From the NCBI GenBank assembly GCA_001599295.1, contig BCGN01000005.1, positions 930,001 through 994,000 on the forward strand: a stretch of 64,000 bases of DNA, given 5' to 3'. Both the position numbers and the translations under genes were made by a program. The stretch is from Sporopachydermia quercuum (Eukaryota). Positions 13,131-25,368 of this stretch are shown piece by piece. The notes beneath the pieces are model-generated. The model worked only from the letters and a program-made list of their open reading frames with translations. It did not search any database and was not told the DNA's origin. The number at the start of each line of letters is the position of its first letter. The first letter of the stretch is position 1.

Positions 13131-14036
13131 ATGTCACCTCCATCTGGCCAAGATAGCAAGCAATCAGGGATTGCCAGAGTGTTGGGATCAGCATCAGCTG
13201 GTATTTGTGAGATTGGCGTCTTCCATCCAGTTGATACAATCTCTAAGAGATTAATGAGTAATCATACCAAGGTTACATCTGCATCACAACTCAACCAAGT
13301 TATTTTCAGAGATGCTGCCTCACAAGCTTTCGGTAAACGATTGTTCACCTTATTTCCAGGTCTTGGTTATGCCGCTTGTTACAAGATCATGCAAAGAGTG
13401 TATAAATATGGTGGTCAACCTTTTGCTAATGAATTTCTGACGAAGAATTTTGGATCTTCATTTGAAGAGGCCTTCGGTAAGAAGACAGGAAAAGCTTTGA
13501 TGAACGCTACTGCAGGTTCTTTAATTGGTATTGGTGAAATTGTTCTATTACCTCTCGATGTTTTAAAGATTAAACGTCAAACCAATCCTGAATCATTTAA
13601 GGGTAGAGGTTTTGTTAAGATTTTACAAGATGAAGGTTTTGGACTTTACAGAGGATGGGGATGGACTGCTGCTAGAAACGCCCCTGGTTCTTTTGCTTTG
13701 TTTGGTGGTAATGCTTTCGCTAAGGAATATCTTTTTAAATTGAGTGATTACTCTGCAGCTACTTGGAGTCAAAATTTCGTTGCTTCAATATTTGGAGCCT
13801 CCGCTTCTTTGATTGTTTCTGCACCTTTAGATGTTATCAAAACCAGAATTCAGAATAGAAACTTTGAAAACCCAGAATCTGGATTCACTATTTTGAAGAA
13901 CATGGCAAAGAACGAAGGAATGACTTCATTCTTCAAAGGATTGACACCTAAGTTATTGACCACTGGTCCTAAATTGGTTTTCTCTTTCGCTTTGGCCCAA
14001 AGCTTGATTCCTGCTTTCGACAAGCTTCTTTCTTGA
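13131..14036 (+). CDS. GGC1: Mitochondrial GTP/GDP carrier
   Basis: Three carrier signatures (HPVDTISKR, LPLDVLKIK, APLDVIKTR); KQSGIARVLGSASAGI and YKYGGQPFANEFL typical of Ggc1/Yhm1. Confidence 0.95.
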   Translation: MSPPSGQDSKQSGIARVLGSASAGICEIGVFHPVDTISKRLMSNHTKVTSASQLNQVIFRDAASQAFGKRLFTLFPGLGYAACYKIMQRVYKYGGQPFANEFLTKNFGSSFEEAFGKKTGKALMNATAGSLIGIGEIVLLPLDVLKIKRQTNPESFKGRGFVKILQDEGFGLYRGWGWTAARNAPGSFALFGGNAFAKEYLFKLSDYSAATWSQNFVASIFGASASLIVSAPLDVIKTRIQNRNFENPESGFTILKNMAKNEGMTSFFKGLTPKLLTTGPKLVFSFALAQSLIPAFDKLLS

Positions 14037-16616
14037 TAAGCTGACAGTAAGAAGATCAATTGGAGAGTTTTAGTATAATATGGCAATTGCTACTTCTATA
14101 GCTATATGTATTTTTATATATAGTTCATCAATCATTCTGTATATAGTAAATAGAATTAAGATTTCACTATTCTGATGAGCCTCATTTAAGGAAACAGCCC
14201 TATCTATGCTCTGAGTTAATAGATATAGCTCTTGTTATTTATATAAGTTGTTTTTTGAAAGGAATAATCTTTCTTTTGGTAGAAAGTTATAGTGTTGAGA
14301 TCATTTAGCTCCTTTGAAGCCAATTAGAACCTATAAACATCTTTCTTTTACTACTCTTAAGTAAACAAAAAACGAGAAAAGAAACAAAGAACCAAGGAAG
14401 AGACTCTACGTTCTGAACGCACCAGGTATTTTTTTGTAAGAGTAAAATAGTCTAGATTTACCATTGTCCTACAGAACTTAAACAATAAAATTACAAGAGT
14501 TCAGCATTTATAACAACTCAGTTTCCTCGCTATCTTATCATAGATGGCTCGTAAGAAACTGACCTCTGGTGTATAATCTGCGTGCTATAAATTTATTCAC
14601 TGNCTTGATAAAACCAAGAAAGCGGAAGAAAATCGGGTTTAACACGTCTCACTATTAATAAAGTATTAATATATTATATTAGTTAGCTATATATGACTTA
14701 TTGTTATGAAAATGATAATATCCAGTTCGCTTGCACGTCGTTCTTCTGTATATTCTCAAATAGTTATGAAAGCATATTAGAGATTCCTAAGTTAGTATAT
14801 TAGATCGTATCTTTTCTATCAGTCCTTTGTTGCATGACTGAATAGCCCCACAATATCATCCAGAATGATTCTGCGGGTCAGAAATCACAAATGAAACGGT
14901 CTTACATACATGAGATTCGTTAGAGTGAATAGATAGCCTCTCGAGTCTGTTTCATCTATTTTCTGTTTCGCATGATGAACTTGTTAAAGTATTGGAGCGT
15001 CGTTCGTTTACTGTATGATTTGAGTTCTAATGTGGCGTGTATGCCAGTTAATTAATGACGGAAGGTTTATCTCCTACGACTCCTGTAATGAAATCATGTT
15101 AATTTCTGAAGTGTATAAAAATCGCATGTTCTGGAAGCGAATAAAAACACTCTAATTTTAGAGTTTATCAAGATGAACTAATTTCTAGCAATTTAGAAAA
15201 GGTTTTCAGATTCAAAAAAGTTCAGGAGAGCAATTATCATTCAANTGCAATTATTTATCTTCGTATCTATTATCTGATTTCAATTGGTCTTAGATTGCAT
15301 TATTTTAATGCAGAATAAATAAATACATTACTAGAGTCAAAATAAAATCAGAAGAGAGCTGAAATTAAAACATAGGGATGTTAACTGGGCTAATGATCGA
15401 CTGGCTATAATAGCCCTTAGAAGGAAACATTTAGGTGGTAAGTTGTGAACTCAATTCCTAGGCTCATCTTCGAAAACCGGTCATGTTTTCAGAACCTCCC
15501 AAATCTACGACAAAGGTAATACATATAAAATAAACTTAAGTATTTCTCTGAAAACCATCAAACTAATAGAAAACTAAGACTAGAAATGTTCTTTTTTCGA
15601 AAAACAACTAGTGGTTTCGCTTCACGTAAAATATTGGCAAATATGTTATTTCACTTCTGTGCTGACCTGCAATAATAACAAATCTTCTTGAAACTTTATT
15701 GAAACTCTAACTTTAATTCTTCATTCAATTCTCCCTCTCCACAGGAATGATCGCAGTTTCTGTCTCATTGAAAAGTCAATTATGCTTTAAACAAGTATTT
15801 TTTCATGTGATTGTTGCTAAATTTGATAAATGAATAATTAAGAAACACTCAAACCAAGTCCTGTTCTATGAATGAGTTTCGAACTTGGTACGGAATTCAG
15901 GAATTTAATCCAGTCATATGTCTATGTATACTATCGAAGCAAATTTTTGAGGCCACGTGAACTGCTGGAAACTATAGTGTTTTTTTTTGTTTTTTTCTTG
16001 AACAACATATCTCCTACGTCTTAGCAACACATATTATTGATAAATCTTTTATCTAATGTAAGAGCTTACTTGGTGGACTAGATATCTTGAAAGCTCTCAG
16101 TTTGTTTTCTCAGGAGTGTCTCATTATCTGTAGGCTATCCTTGACTGCAAAGAGAATCGGCTGATATCGGTACGTATAAGCGATCTGTATAGCATCACAT
16201 AATATGCATAAATACTCCCACTTATACCCAAAAATACTATGTACGAATACAATAAGCTTAAGGAACTGCTTACATGATTTCAACGGATACGGATGATAGG
16301 AAACGGTTGGAGTAATATGTTTTCAGCTAATAAGCTTTTTCTTCCTTTTGACTATTAACAGCAGGTATGTATTATAGCAGACTGATTAACGTGGGAGTGA
16401 TTACATCCGTATTAGATATGTGTCGTTATCTTTTACATATATAAAGGGTAGTAGAATCCTTTCTCCCGTTCTACCGAATTGACGCTCTCTTTCCTGTTNA
16501 TATGACATCAACCCTTCTGAAGGATTGTAAATATAAAGGAGAAGATTACGCAGTTGTTATTGATTCGATCATTTGCTAAATTTAGAAGTGATAATACAGA
16601 CAGACATTAAGTAAGG

Positions 16617-17684
16617 ATGATGAGAGCCATTGTTTACGGAGGACCTGGGCTAAGAGGTTTGAAATCCGTCCCAATTCCAAAGATCTCTAAGGCGACAGAT
16701 GCTATTATAAAAATAGCATCTACAACAATTTGTGGTACCGATCTTCACATCTCAAAAGGAGATGTTCCAGCTTGTAAGCCAGGAACTATTTTAGGTCATG
16801 AGGGTGTAGGATACGTTCATGAAGTAGGTTCACAGGTAAGCAAATTCAAGCAAGGTGATAAAGTCATCATTTCTTGTATTACATCATGTGGAGATTGTTA
16901 TTACTGTGGTCACCAGTTACAATCACATTGTAAAGATGGTGGTTGGGTCCTTGGTCATAAGATCGATGGTACTCAAGCAGAATATGTTCGAATTCCTCAT
17001 GCTGATTTTTCTTTGTTTAATGCTCCTGAAGGCGTTTCGGATAAAGCTTTGTTAATGTTGTCTGATATTTTACCTACTGGTTACGAAATTGGAGTTTTAC
17101 CTGCTAAGATTGAAAAAGATGACCTTGTTGTAGTTGTTGGTTCCGGTCCCATTGGTATGGCTTGTTTATTGACTTTGAAGAAGTACAAACCTGCCAGAGT
17201 TGTAATGATTGACATGGACGAAGCCAGATTGGAAGCTGCTTTGAAGTTTGGTGCTACTGATGTCATTAATCCATTGAAGAAAGACGTGAAAGAATCTATC
17301 GACGCTATCTCAAGAGAGGTCAATCCAGAAAAAGAGCCGGGTGCAGATGTTGCTATTGAATGTGTTGGCATCCCAGCTACTTTCCAAACTTGCCAAGAAT
17401 TAATTGCCCCTGGCGGAAGAATTGCTAATGTTGGTGTTCACGGAGCCAAGGTCGATTTACATTTGGAAGACTTGTGGATTAAGAATGTCGGTATTTCCAC
17501 TGGTTTGGTTTCTACCTATTCTACCCCAGAATTACTTGAACAAGTCTCTTCAAAGGCTATTGATTCAGAAAAGCTAGTCACACACTCGTTCAAACTTAGT
17601 GAAATGGAACAAGCGTATGACGTGTTCTCTAATGCTGCTAAGAATAAGTCCATCAAATGTTATATTGAAAACGATTTATCATAA
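16617..17684 (+). CDS. Zinc-dependent medium-chain alcohol dehydrogenase, FDH-like/bacterial-type
   Basis: TICGTDLH (catalytic Cys), GHEG, structural Zn CxxCxxC(7)C, LSDILPTGYE, GSGPIG, and an acidic residue (IDMD) suggesting NAD(H) use. Confidence 0.9.
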   Translation: MMRAIVYGGPGLRGLKSVPIPKISKATDAIIKIASTTICGTDLHISKGDVPACKPGTILGHEGVGYVHEVGSQVSKFKQGDKVIISCITSCGDCYYCGHQLQSHCKDGGWVLGHKIDGTQAEYVRIPHADFSLFNAPEGVSDKALLMLSDILPTGYEIGVLPAKIEKDDLVVVVGSGPIGMACLLTLKKYKPARVVMIDMDEARLEAALKFGATDVINPLKKDVKESIDAISREVNPEKEPGADVAIECVGIPATFQTCQELIAPGGRIANVGVHGAKVDLHLEDLWIKNVGISTGLVSTYSTPELLEQVSSKAIDSEKLVTHSFKLSEMEQAYDVFSNAAKNKSIKCYIENDLS

Positions 17685-18817
17685 ATTACTTTACAGTTTA
17701 TATATTTTTTATCGTTTGACGGAAATGTTAACGTCTTTCAAATGAATAGATATTTATATACTATAGGCTTATTATCCGTATGGCATCCTCGTAGGGAAAC
17801 ATCTAGTAATCAATTGAAGGGAGCTGCTGGTAAAAAGATCCTATGGTTTAGAACAGCTACTTCCATTGTAATCACCATATTGCCTCAGTTGACTTGGTTC
17901 TAAATAAACTGAAAATCAATCTATTTATATTAACTTCACCCCAGTCATTTGTATTTCAGGAGATTGTTGTTCTTGATCTTTAACTTTCTTTGTAGAATAT
18001 GGTTTTCCAAGTAATTAACTTTGATAAGCAACCACAATCATCATTCACCATATACGTATTACTTCAATTTGGATTTATTTCGAAGGTTTAGAATATTCAT
18101 GAAATCTTTAAGTATACCATCAACTATTTCATTATCGTTCATGAGATCCTACTCTATGCTTTTCGACACACACCTCTTTCTTTATTTTCGGTTGGGTGTC
18201 TCAGTTTTCAGGTGAGAAGTTTCAACTTCCAATTTTAAGTTATAGTTAAAGATTAAGTTCTAAACTTAACCCTTAATGTCTTAATAAGGTTTGACCTAAC
18301 CAGGAACTCATCTCGTCGCATCAACATTGTTACTCAAAAGTATCAAACTTTTATTCTTCTGAATTTGCGGTTTGTATACTCCCTTTATTTATAGCTGTCA
18401 TCCTTTCTTTTTCTGTAATACCTTTGGCAATTGGCAATTGGCAATCCTAATGAACTTGAACAGAAGGAATTATAATTCAAAAAGCATCTGTATTTCTGAT
18501 AATGATCCGAGATAGTTACTCTTATAAAAAGAAGAATCAACCTAACTGTTTAGAAACTAGTTCTGCGGTTTACTCTTTTGGTAGTAGTGTGCTCATTTAA
18601 CGGGTTCGAAATCAGNCAATCTAACAATCAATTGACTACAAAAATCGTCCTCCTTTTTATTTAAGAACGCATTTTTATAAGTACTCCTTTTCCCATTATT
18701 ACCGAAACATTTGGCAACTGGCAGTCTGAAGTCACCTTTGGTTGGCGATTGTCTTACTCACATCTGTTGTTGATCCTTGCAGGAACAAACATTGTATCAA
18801 GACAGTAAGCTCTTGCA

Positions 18818-20651
18818 ATGGTTTTGCAATCTGAATTTGTGACCTCTAAGATTTTTGGAAACAAAAATAATAATGCCATGTTTTCTAAGAAAAGTGGATT
18901 TCAGAGAGCAGCATTAGGAGAATCAAAACCTAGAGCACANTATGGACAACAAAATGACGAATATTTTCCCGTTCCTAGAGGATACAGCATGTTTGGAACC
19001 TCTAATGATTTTTATACTCCTCCCGCTCCCAGACCAGATTATATGGGATCTGGTTATAGGTCATTTTCAGGAACAAACTTCTCTCCTCACTTTCAAACAA
19101 CGTATAATCCAGGATTCCAAAAACTGACAGAAGAAGAAGCAATGTTTTCTTCTGGTCCCTCGGAGCCACTATCTGGGGGAATGCCTGTTTTTGCCCATCC
19201 AATTTGGAATAACGGTTCTGTTGGGTATAGTCATTTGAAAGTTGATGAGGCAAGCGACAACAGGATTAATCATAATAAAAACCCTTTTAGTCAATCACCG
19301 ACTCGTCATAATTCAATTGATCGTCGGAGATCATTTAGCAATGTTGGAAATCAAATGTTGACCAACTATAGAGTCAATTCAAGCTTTGAGAAGCAGAACA
19401 ATGGCATCAATTACAGAAGACTCCTCAACTCCAAGGAGTCCTATAATTGGGATATTGTTATTGATAGAATCATTCTAAACAATGATCAGCAAGCGTCAAT
19501 TTTTCTTCAACAAAAGTTAAAAAGTTCTGACACATTAGACAGAACTGCCATTATTGAACAAGTTATACCCAAATGTAATCCATTAATCAAGAATAGGTTT
19601 GGCAATTTTTTAATTCAGAGATGTTTCGAATTTTGTACATCAGAACAAAAACATGAAATAATCGAAAACCACATTCTCGGGAAAGTATTAGACTTATCTA
19701 AAGATGAGTTTGCCTGTCATGTGGTCCAGAGATGTTTTGATTATGTAACGTTAGTACAAAGAAATTCGATCATTGAAGAAATCAGCAAGAATGTCGTGGA
19801 TTCTTTCCTTGATAGATATTCTTGTAGGATCTGGCAGAAAATATTTGAGTTTGAAGGATACTTTGGTGACCTTGATTCCACTCAGATTAACGTTGAAATA
19901 GAAAACGAATCACTAGAAGATTCAAAAGTACGCAAAACTCAACCCCCATACATATTTGGCTGTAGCATTATGCTAAAGATAAATACGGAACTGAAAGGAA
20001 AATGGACAGACATTGCACTCCTTGAGTATGGAAGTCTTATTGTCCAAAGTATCATAGAAAATTGCAGATATGACTTGAAGGCGGAATGTATCGAAGAATT
20101 ATTCAAAAGCCTTGATAGGCTTATTTGTTCTAAATGGGGCAATTGGGTAATTCAAACACTTATTTCAGACAACCCAACAAGTAAAAATGATTGCGTGGAG
20201 CATATCATGAAATATTCAGTAAAATACAGTAATGATCTGTATGGATCAAAAGTTATCGAAAAGCTTTTGAGATCCGATGATTCACTATTGATTGAGAAAT
20301 ATGTTGACGCTATAACAAAACGACCAAGTGGTAAAGGCAAAAATTCTATACCATTGATTGAAGGTGACTTGATCCCGAAATTGAAAAGAAGTAATCCATT
20401 TTCTATTCACTCCAATGAGGTTTATTCTAACAGGTTTTATAGTTGCTTCTGATCTTAATGGTTCTTCATTAGTAATGTATATCTTAACATATGGCCCATC
20501 TGCCCTGAAAGAACAAATCAGAAGGTGCATTGAGATGAACTCCACAGCATTACGAAGAACAAAGAACGGATCTAAATGTGTTTGGCAGATAGAGAGAATG
20601 GATGACAATCATCTCAATACAAGGCCAAGATACAAATCAATTCAACATTGA
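18818..20651 (+). CDS. Pumilio/PUF RNA-binding protein (Mpf1/Mcp2-like), 2 exons
   Basis: Seven PUF repeats in ORF 18818-20452 (NNDQQASIFLQQKLK, NRFGNFLIQR, FACHVVQR, WGNWVIQ, YGSKVIEK). Intron 20364-20442 (GTGACT...TTCTAAC...TAG) joins IPLIE to VASDLNGSSLVMYIL, restoring repeat 8; stop at 20651. Confidence 0.85.
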
Positions 20652-21731
20652 ATTGGCGTGAGTCAAGTCATTCAATGTAGCTATTGTATCTTTCTGATAT
20701 TCATAATTAAGTGCTATATTTATTCTAAACTTGCCTAATATATTTAAACATTAAACATCTTTGTACATTAATAGTCTGATTTCTATCCCACATTGGTGCA
20801 ATCCAGACTTCTTCTTAAGTATCACAAATCCTAAGCATATTCAGTTATTCAATAACGGGTTGATTTGCAGATACTTTTCTTTTTTCTTCCTTCTCTATGC
20901 TGAAAATATTGCAGAAGAAAAATCTATGTGGAAAAGGAAAGGTAGCTCGTAGTACGACTTTTTCTTCTCACTCCATCCAAATCCCGTTTCAATGACCTCA
21001 TATCATAGATTATTATTTCATCAATAAACACTAACGCTAAGAACATTTTCTACCACTTCCTCTACTCCTATAATCACCGTACTCTTCTCATCTCACTCAT
21101 CCATTACCTGCTTTCATTTTTTTTTTACTTTTGAGTAACCACAATAGCTACCTTGATTTACATACCAATAATAATTGAATTACTTTTCAATAATCATAAT
21201 TACTCATCAATTAACTCATCAACAAACCAATTAGGTTTATGGTCGATTTATCGTTTGTTACCCGAGGTCGTAAATTTCATCATTCCTACTTTGGAACTCC
21301 TATGAAAAGTTCTATAGTTTCCGGAGTGGTTTCGTTTATTATCCTCATCATTTCCGTTTACTGCATAATAGTCTACAATTGTGTGTGCTGTGCATATTAC
21401 ATGATCTAAAATGACAAGGCTATACCAAAACACAATCTGTATAACCCCGTATATACGGATAGGAAATGCAAATGAGTTTCAGTTTGTTTGTTTTCAAACA
21501 ACTAGTGATAAAACTATTCTAAACTAACCTCTATCCTGGATGAAAACTGACTATTTATATGCAGGCATGCAAAGGCATAAATAATTAAAATATAAAAAGT
21601 ATCATGTTTGTTTATATATATGAGAACCTCGACGCATTTCACTTTCGTTTTTCTCATCTTTGAAATCATTTTGATTTTGAGTAAATGAATAGCTTCCATC
21701 TGGGTGCTATTTAAAAGTTTTATCTTTAATC

Positions 21732-23462
21732 ATGACTAAAGAGTTTTTTTCAAAGCTTCACACAGCACTTGTAGTTCCTCATGATAATGAAGTACCAGAT
21801 AGATGGATTAATCGTGATATCATTCCACTGCCACCATCCAGACGGACATGGAATGATTGGGATTTTGTTGGCTTTTGGGCAGTGATTGGATTTTCAATTT
21901 CAACATGGCAAGGATGTGCTTCTCTTTTAGCGATAGGACTTAATGTTTGGATGTCTATGGTAATTGTTATTTTGGCAAAGATCCTGATTTTCCTTATTGC
22001 ACTTTCTTATGGTTGGGGTGGAGCTCGTTGGCATGTGGGATACACTATTTATTCTAGGTTTGCGCTTGGAATGAATGGGGCATTTCTAGCATTAATACAA
22101 CGAATTGTATTATGTATGGTATGGTATTCTGTCCAATCTTATACTGCTGGTCAATGTATGTCTGTTATGCTGAGTGCAATGTCATCTGGTTTCAATAATC
22201 TTCATAATACTTTTCCTGATTCATTACCTATGACGTTGAAACAATTTATAGGGTTTATCATTTATCATGTGATATCAATACCTTTTCTTTATATACCACC
22301 AGAGAAACTCAAACATCCTTTTAAAATTGTGTCCTTGATCTCTTGTGTAACAGTATTTGGAACATCTATTGGCTGTATGGTTCTTGCCAAAGGAGCTGGT
22401 GATTTGATTCGTGCCCCATCGACAATTCCAGCTGGGGCAGATTTAGGAATGGCATGGATGAGAGGTATTAACATTATTATCAACAATTTTGCTGTTGGAC
22501 TGGCAAATCAGCCTGATTTCACTAGATTTGTTCAAAGACCTGGGCAACAGGTTTGGGGTCAAGCTTTCTCAATTCTGATATTAGGCACAGTAGTGCCTCT
22601 TTTCGGGGTATTAGGTACTTCTGCCGCTTCATCAGTTTACGGTGATGTGAGTGAGTTGAATTTATGGAACCCTCCAGAAATTGCGTTACAATTTATCACT
22701 ACTAGTTACACTCCAAGGTCCAGATGTGCTGCTTTTTTTGTATCATTTGGATTTTTTATTTCAACATTGGGTTTGAATTCTATTGACAATGCAATTAGTG
22801 GAGGTATGGACATAGCTGGACTTTATCCGAAGTATTTAAATATTCGCAGGGGAGCTTATATAATAATGATTGTATCGATTGTTATTCAACCATGGCAAAT
22901 TTTGGCAAATGCTACAGTTTTTGTTAATGTGTTAGGCTCATATGGCTGTTTTCTGGGTCCTATGATTGGCGTCTTTACTGCTGATTATTATTTTGTTAGA
23001 AAGAGATTGTTAAAGCTATCTGATCTATATATTGGTGATAGCACTTCAATCTATTGGTTCAATAAAGGTGTTAATTGGCGTGGGTACGTTTCTTGGATAT
23101 GTGGGTTTGTTCCTGGTATTGTAGGATTTGCGAGTGTGAATCCTGCAATGGTAGATAATGTTCCAATTGCAGCAATCAAAATGTTCTGGATTTCATTTAT
23201 CATTGGGTACCCTATAGGATTTTTGGTACATCTGGTGCTAAATCACTTTTTCCCTCCACCTGGTATTGGAGAAGTTGATGATAAAGATTATTTCCAGACT
23301 TTCAGTGAACCTCTGCCGGAATATCCTGACGATGAAGCAAGAGCAAGCTCGAGTGCTTTGGAGTTGAAGAGTGACATAAATGGAAATGCTGAAGATTCAG
23401 ATATCACATCAAGTAATAATCCTTTTGTCAAACTCACCAGGAAATTGAAACGAACCAGCTAG
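21732..23462 (+). CDS. NCS1-family nucleobase/allantoin permease (Fur4/Dal4-like)
   Basis: WINRDIIPLPPSRRTW, NQPDFTRF, LWNP, NIRRG, QPWQIL, DYYFVRK, GVNWRG motifs; about 12 TM segments. Confidence 0.92.
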   Translation: MTKEFFSKLHTALVVPHDNEVPDRWINRDIIPLPPSRRTWNDWDFVGFWAVIGFSISTWQGCASLLAIGLNVWMSMVIVILAKILIFLIALSYGWGGARWHVGYTIYSRFALGMNGAFLALIQRIVLCMVWYSVQSYTAGQCMSVMLSAMSSGFNNLHNTFPDSLPMTLKQFIGFIIYHVISIPFLYIPPEKLKHPFKIVSLISCVTVFGTSIGCMVLAKGAGDLIRAPSTIPAGADLGMAWMRGINIIINNFAVGLANQPDFTRFVQRPGQQVWGQAFSILILGTVVPLFGVLGTSAASSVYGDVSELNLWNPPEIALQFITTSYTPRSRCAAFFVSFGFFISTLGLNSIDNAISGGMDIAGLYPKYLNIRRGAYIIMIVSIVIQPWQILANATVFVNVLGSYGCFLGPMIGVFTADYYFVRKRLLKLSDLYIGDSTSIYWFNKGVNWRGYVSWICGFVPGIVGFASVNPAMVDNVPIAAIKMFWISFIIGYPIGFLVHLVLNHFFPPPGIGEVDDKDYFQTFSEPLPEYPDDEARASSSALELKSDINGNAEDSDITSSNNPFVKLTRKLKRTS

Positions 23463-25368
23463 TTCTATGGTTAGTTGTATTTTCTTTCTCTTTATTTATG
23501 TTATCTCAAACTTGGNAGATGTGGTGAGTGTACAGTATTGCATTTCTACCATCTTTAGCGATATTAATGTTGTCTAGGTTAGGTTAAATGACAGGATTTT
23601 CTTTGAATTGTTATTTCTTTTCCTTTNTTTTTTAATATGTTTTATTTCCATAGTTTTATGGTCTGTCCATTTTCCATTATGGGATTGGTACCTTTTTGGT
23701 TTTGTTAGGCTTCTTTTTTCTTTTTAATATTTAGATCATTTGTAGGTAAGTTGATTATTCAGTTGATTGCTTAATAGGATGCAATGTTTGAATATACGAT
23801 CTATAAATATTATGTTAAGGCTTCGCTGCCTCATGTGTTTACGAAATACTTGGGGTAATTATTAGAAGATAGCTCTAATATAGGGATATCTTACTGTTAT
23901 CATACAAGGATAAGTGGCTATTAATTTATTGGAGCAAAGGGATAAGCATAAATTAAGAAAGCAGCAGTGAAATTGCTCTTTCTTTTGTGATCTTTTCTGA
24001 GTTGTCTTCTTCAGTCCCATATTGATTAAGCTCAATNGCTGTAAAAAAGAATGATGAACGAGATTTAACTCTAAGCTTGTTTTGGTTGGATAATGACAAN
24101 CAAACTTCTACTAACTGACGAGGAAAGTTTTACCTATAAAATTTTTCATTCATTACAATACTGAGTATTATTGCAAACAAGTAGTAATCCAACAATACTT
24201 GTAATCTCTCTGAATGTATCGCATCCATCATTTATGTAATGTCCAAGATCAGTTAATATGTACATTCTCTGAGCTAGATTGGATTTTGTTCTAACCTAGA
24301 TAGGTAAGCGTATCTTCATTTCATCAGTTTGCTTGCTTTAATTAAAGGAGGTTACAAATCTCTAACTTGTTATACGAAACGACAACTCTTCAACGGTAAA
24401 TTCAACTATTTCAGATTTCANATTTCAGGTTTCAGTTGTACTGGTTCCTGCAGATATGACAAAATAGTCTAAAAAACAATACCTTGTTATCGCTTTTTCT
24501 GATCACTGAATGTTAGCTACTGAGTTCTGTATCTGTCCTTTTCTTATATGTTTTTGCACGAACAATCATATGTTTCTTCTTATAAATCTTGATTATTGTT
24601 CTCTTTCGATTAGCTACCCATCTTTTCTCCGTTTCATCAGTTATTCAATTATAGTTTAAAGGTGGCTTATTTTTCTTTGCTAACCAAATACCCTTTCAGG
24701 TAATGCATAGAATAATCTCAAACCTTAATTTAAACATTAAAATGCNGTTTAATGTAGCATAAGTGCACCCTTCATGCATCTGCGTGCAAAAGAAGCATTT
24801 ATGCATATTAAAGTATAGATTTTNTAGTACCAATTTCAACACGAAACTAAAGCTCCTGAAACAATTATAAAATATCCATATTAGGATAAAAGTCCAAATA
24901 AGCTGAAATGTAAACGCGTATCAATGNGTTCTGTGGAAAAAGTAGCAACTCCACAGCTCCTCCTATAATTAAAAAATTNCGAGTTGCAATTTCTTACAAA
25001 GAAGGGAATATCATTGACAGTTTTCGTGTTTTCATCCATGAGCGGTCCGTGTAAGTAGAATAAAGCATTAAACAGGATATATTAGCATATTTGTCTTTTG
25101 ATTGAATTTCGGGTGTTGCATCAAGCACATCATATATGAATCGATCTGTGATTGTCAATACTCGTGAGGTAGAGTACAAAAAAGAAAAATATGTGAGGTG
25201 ATATAAATTAGGAATAGTTATCGATCGAGAGAATCACAGTAAGATAAGGACACCTTAAAATTTGGACATCTTCTTGTTTTGAACTTGATAGTTAAGTCAT
25301 TTGAGGAAGACTTCAATTCATAAGAGGAGAATTTTGTAATAAACGAATTATAACGAAACTCATTAAAA

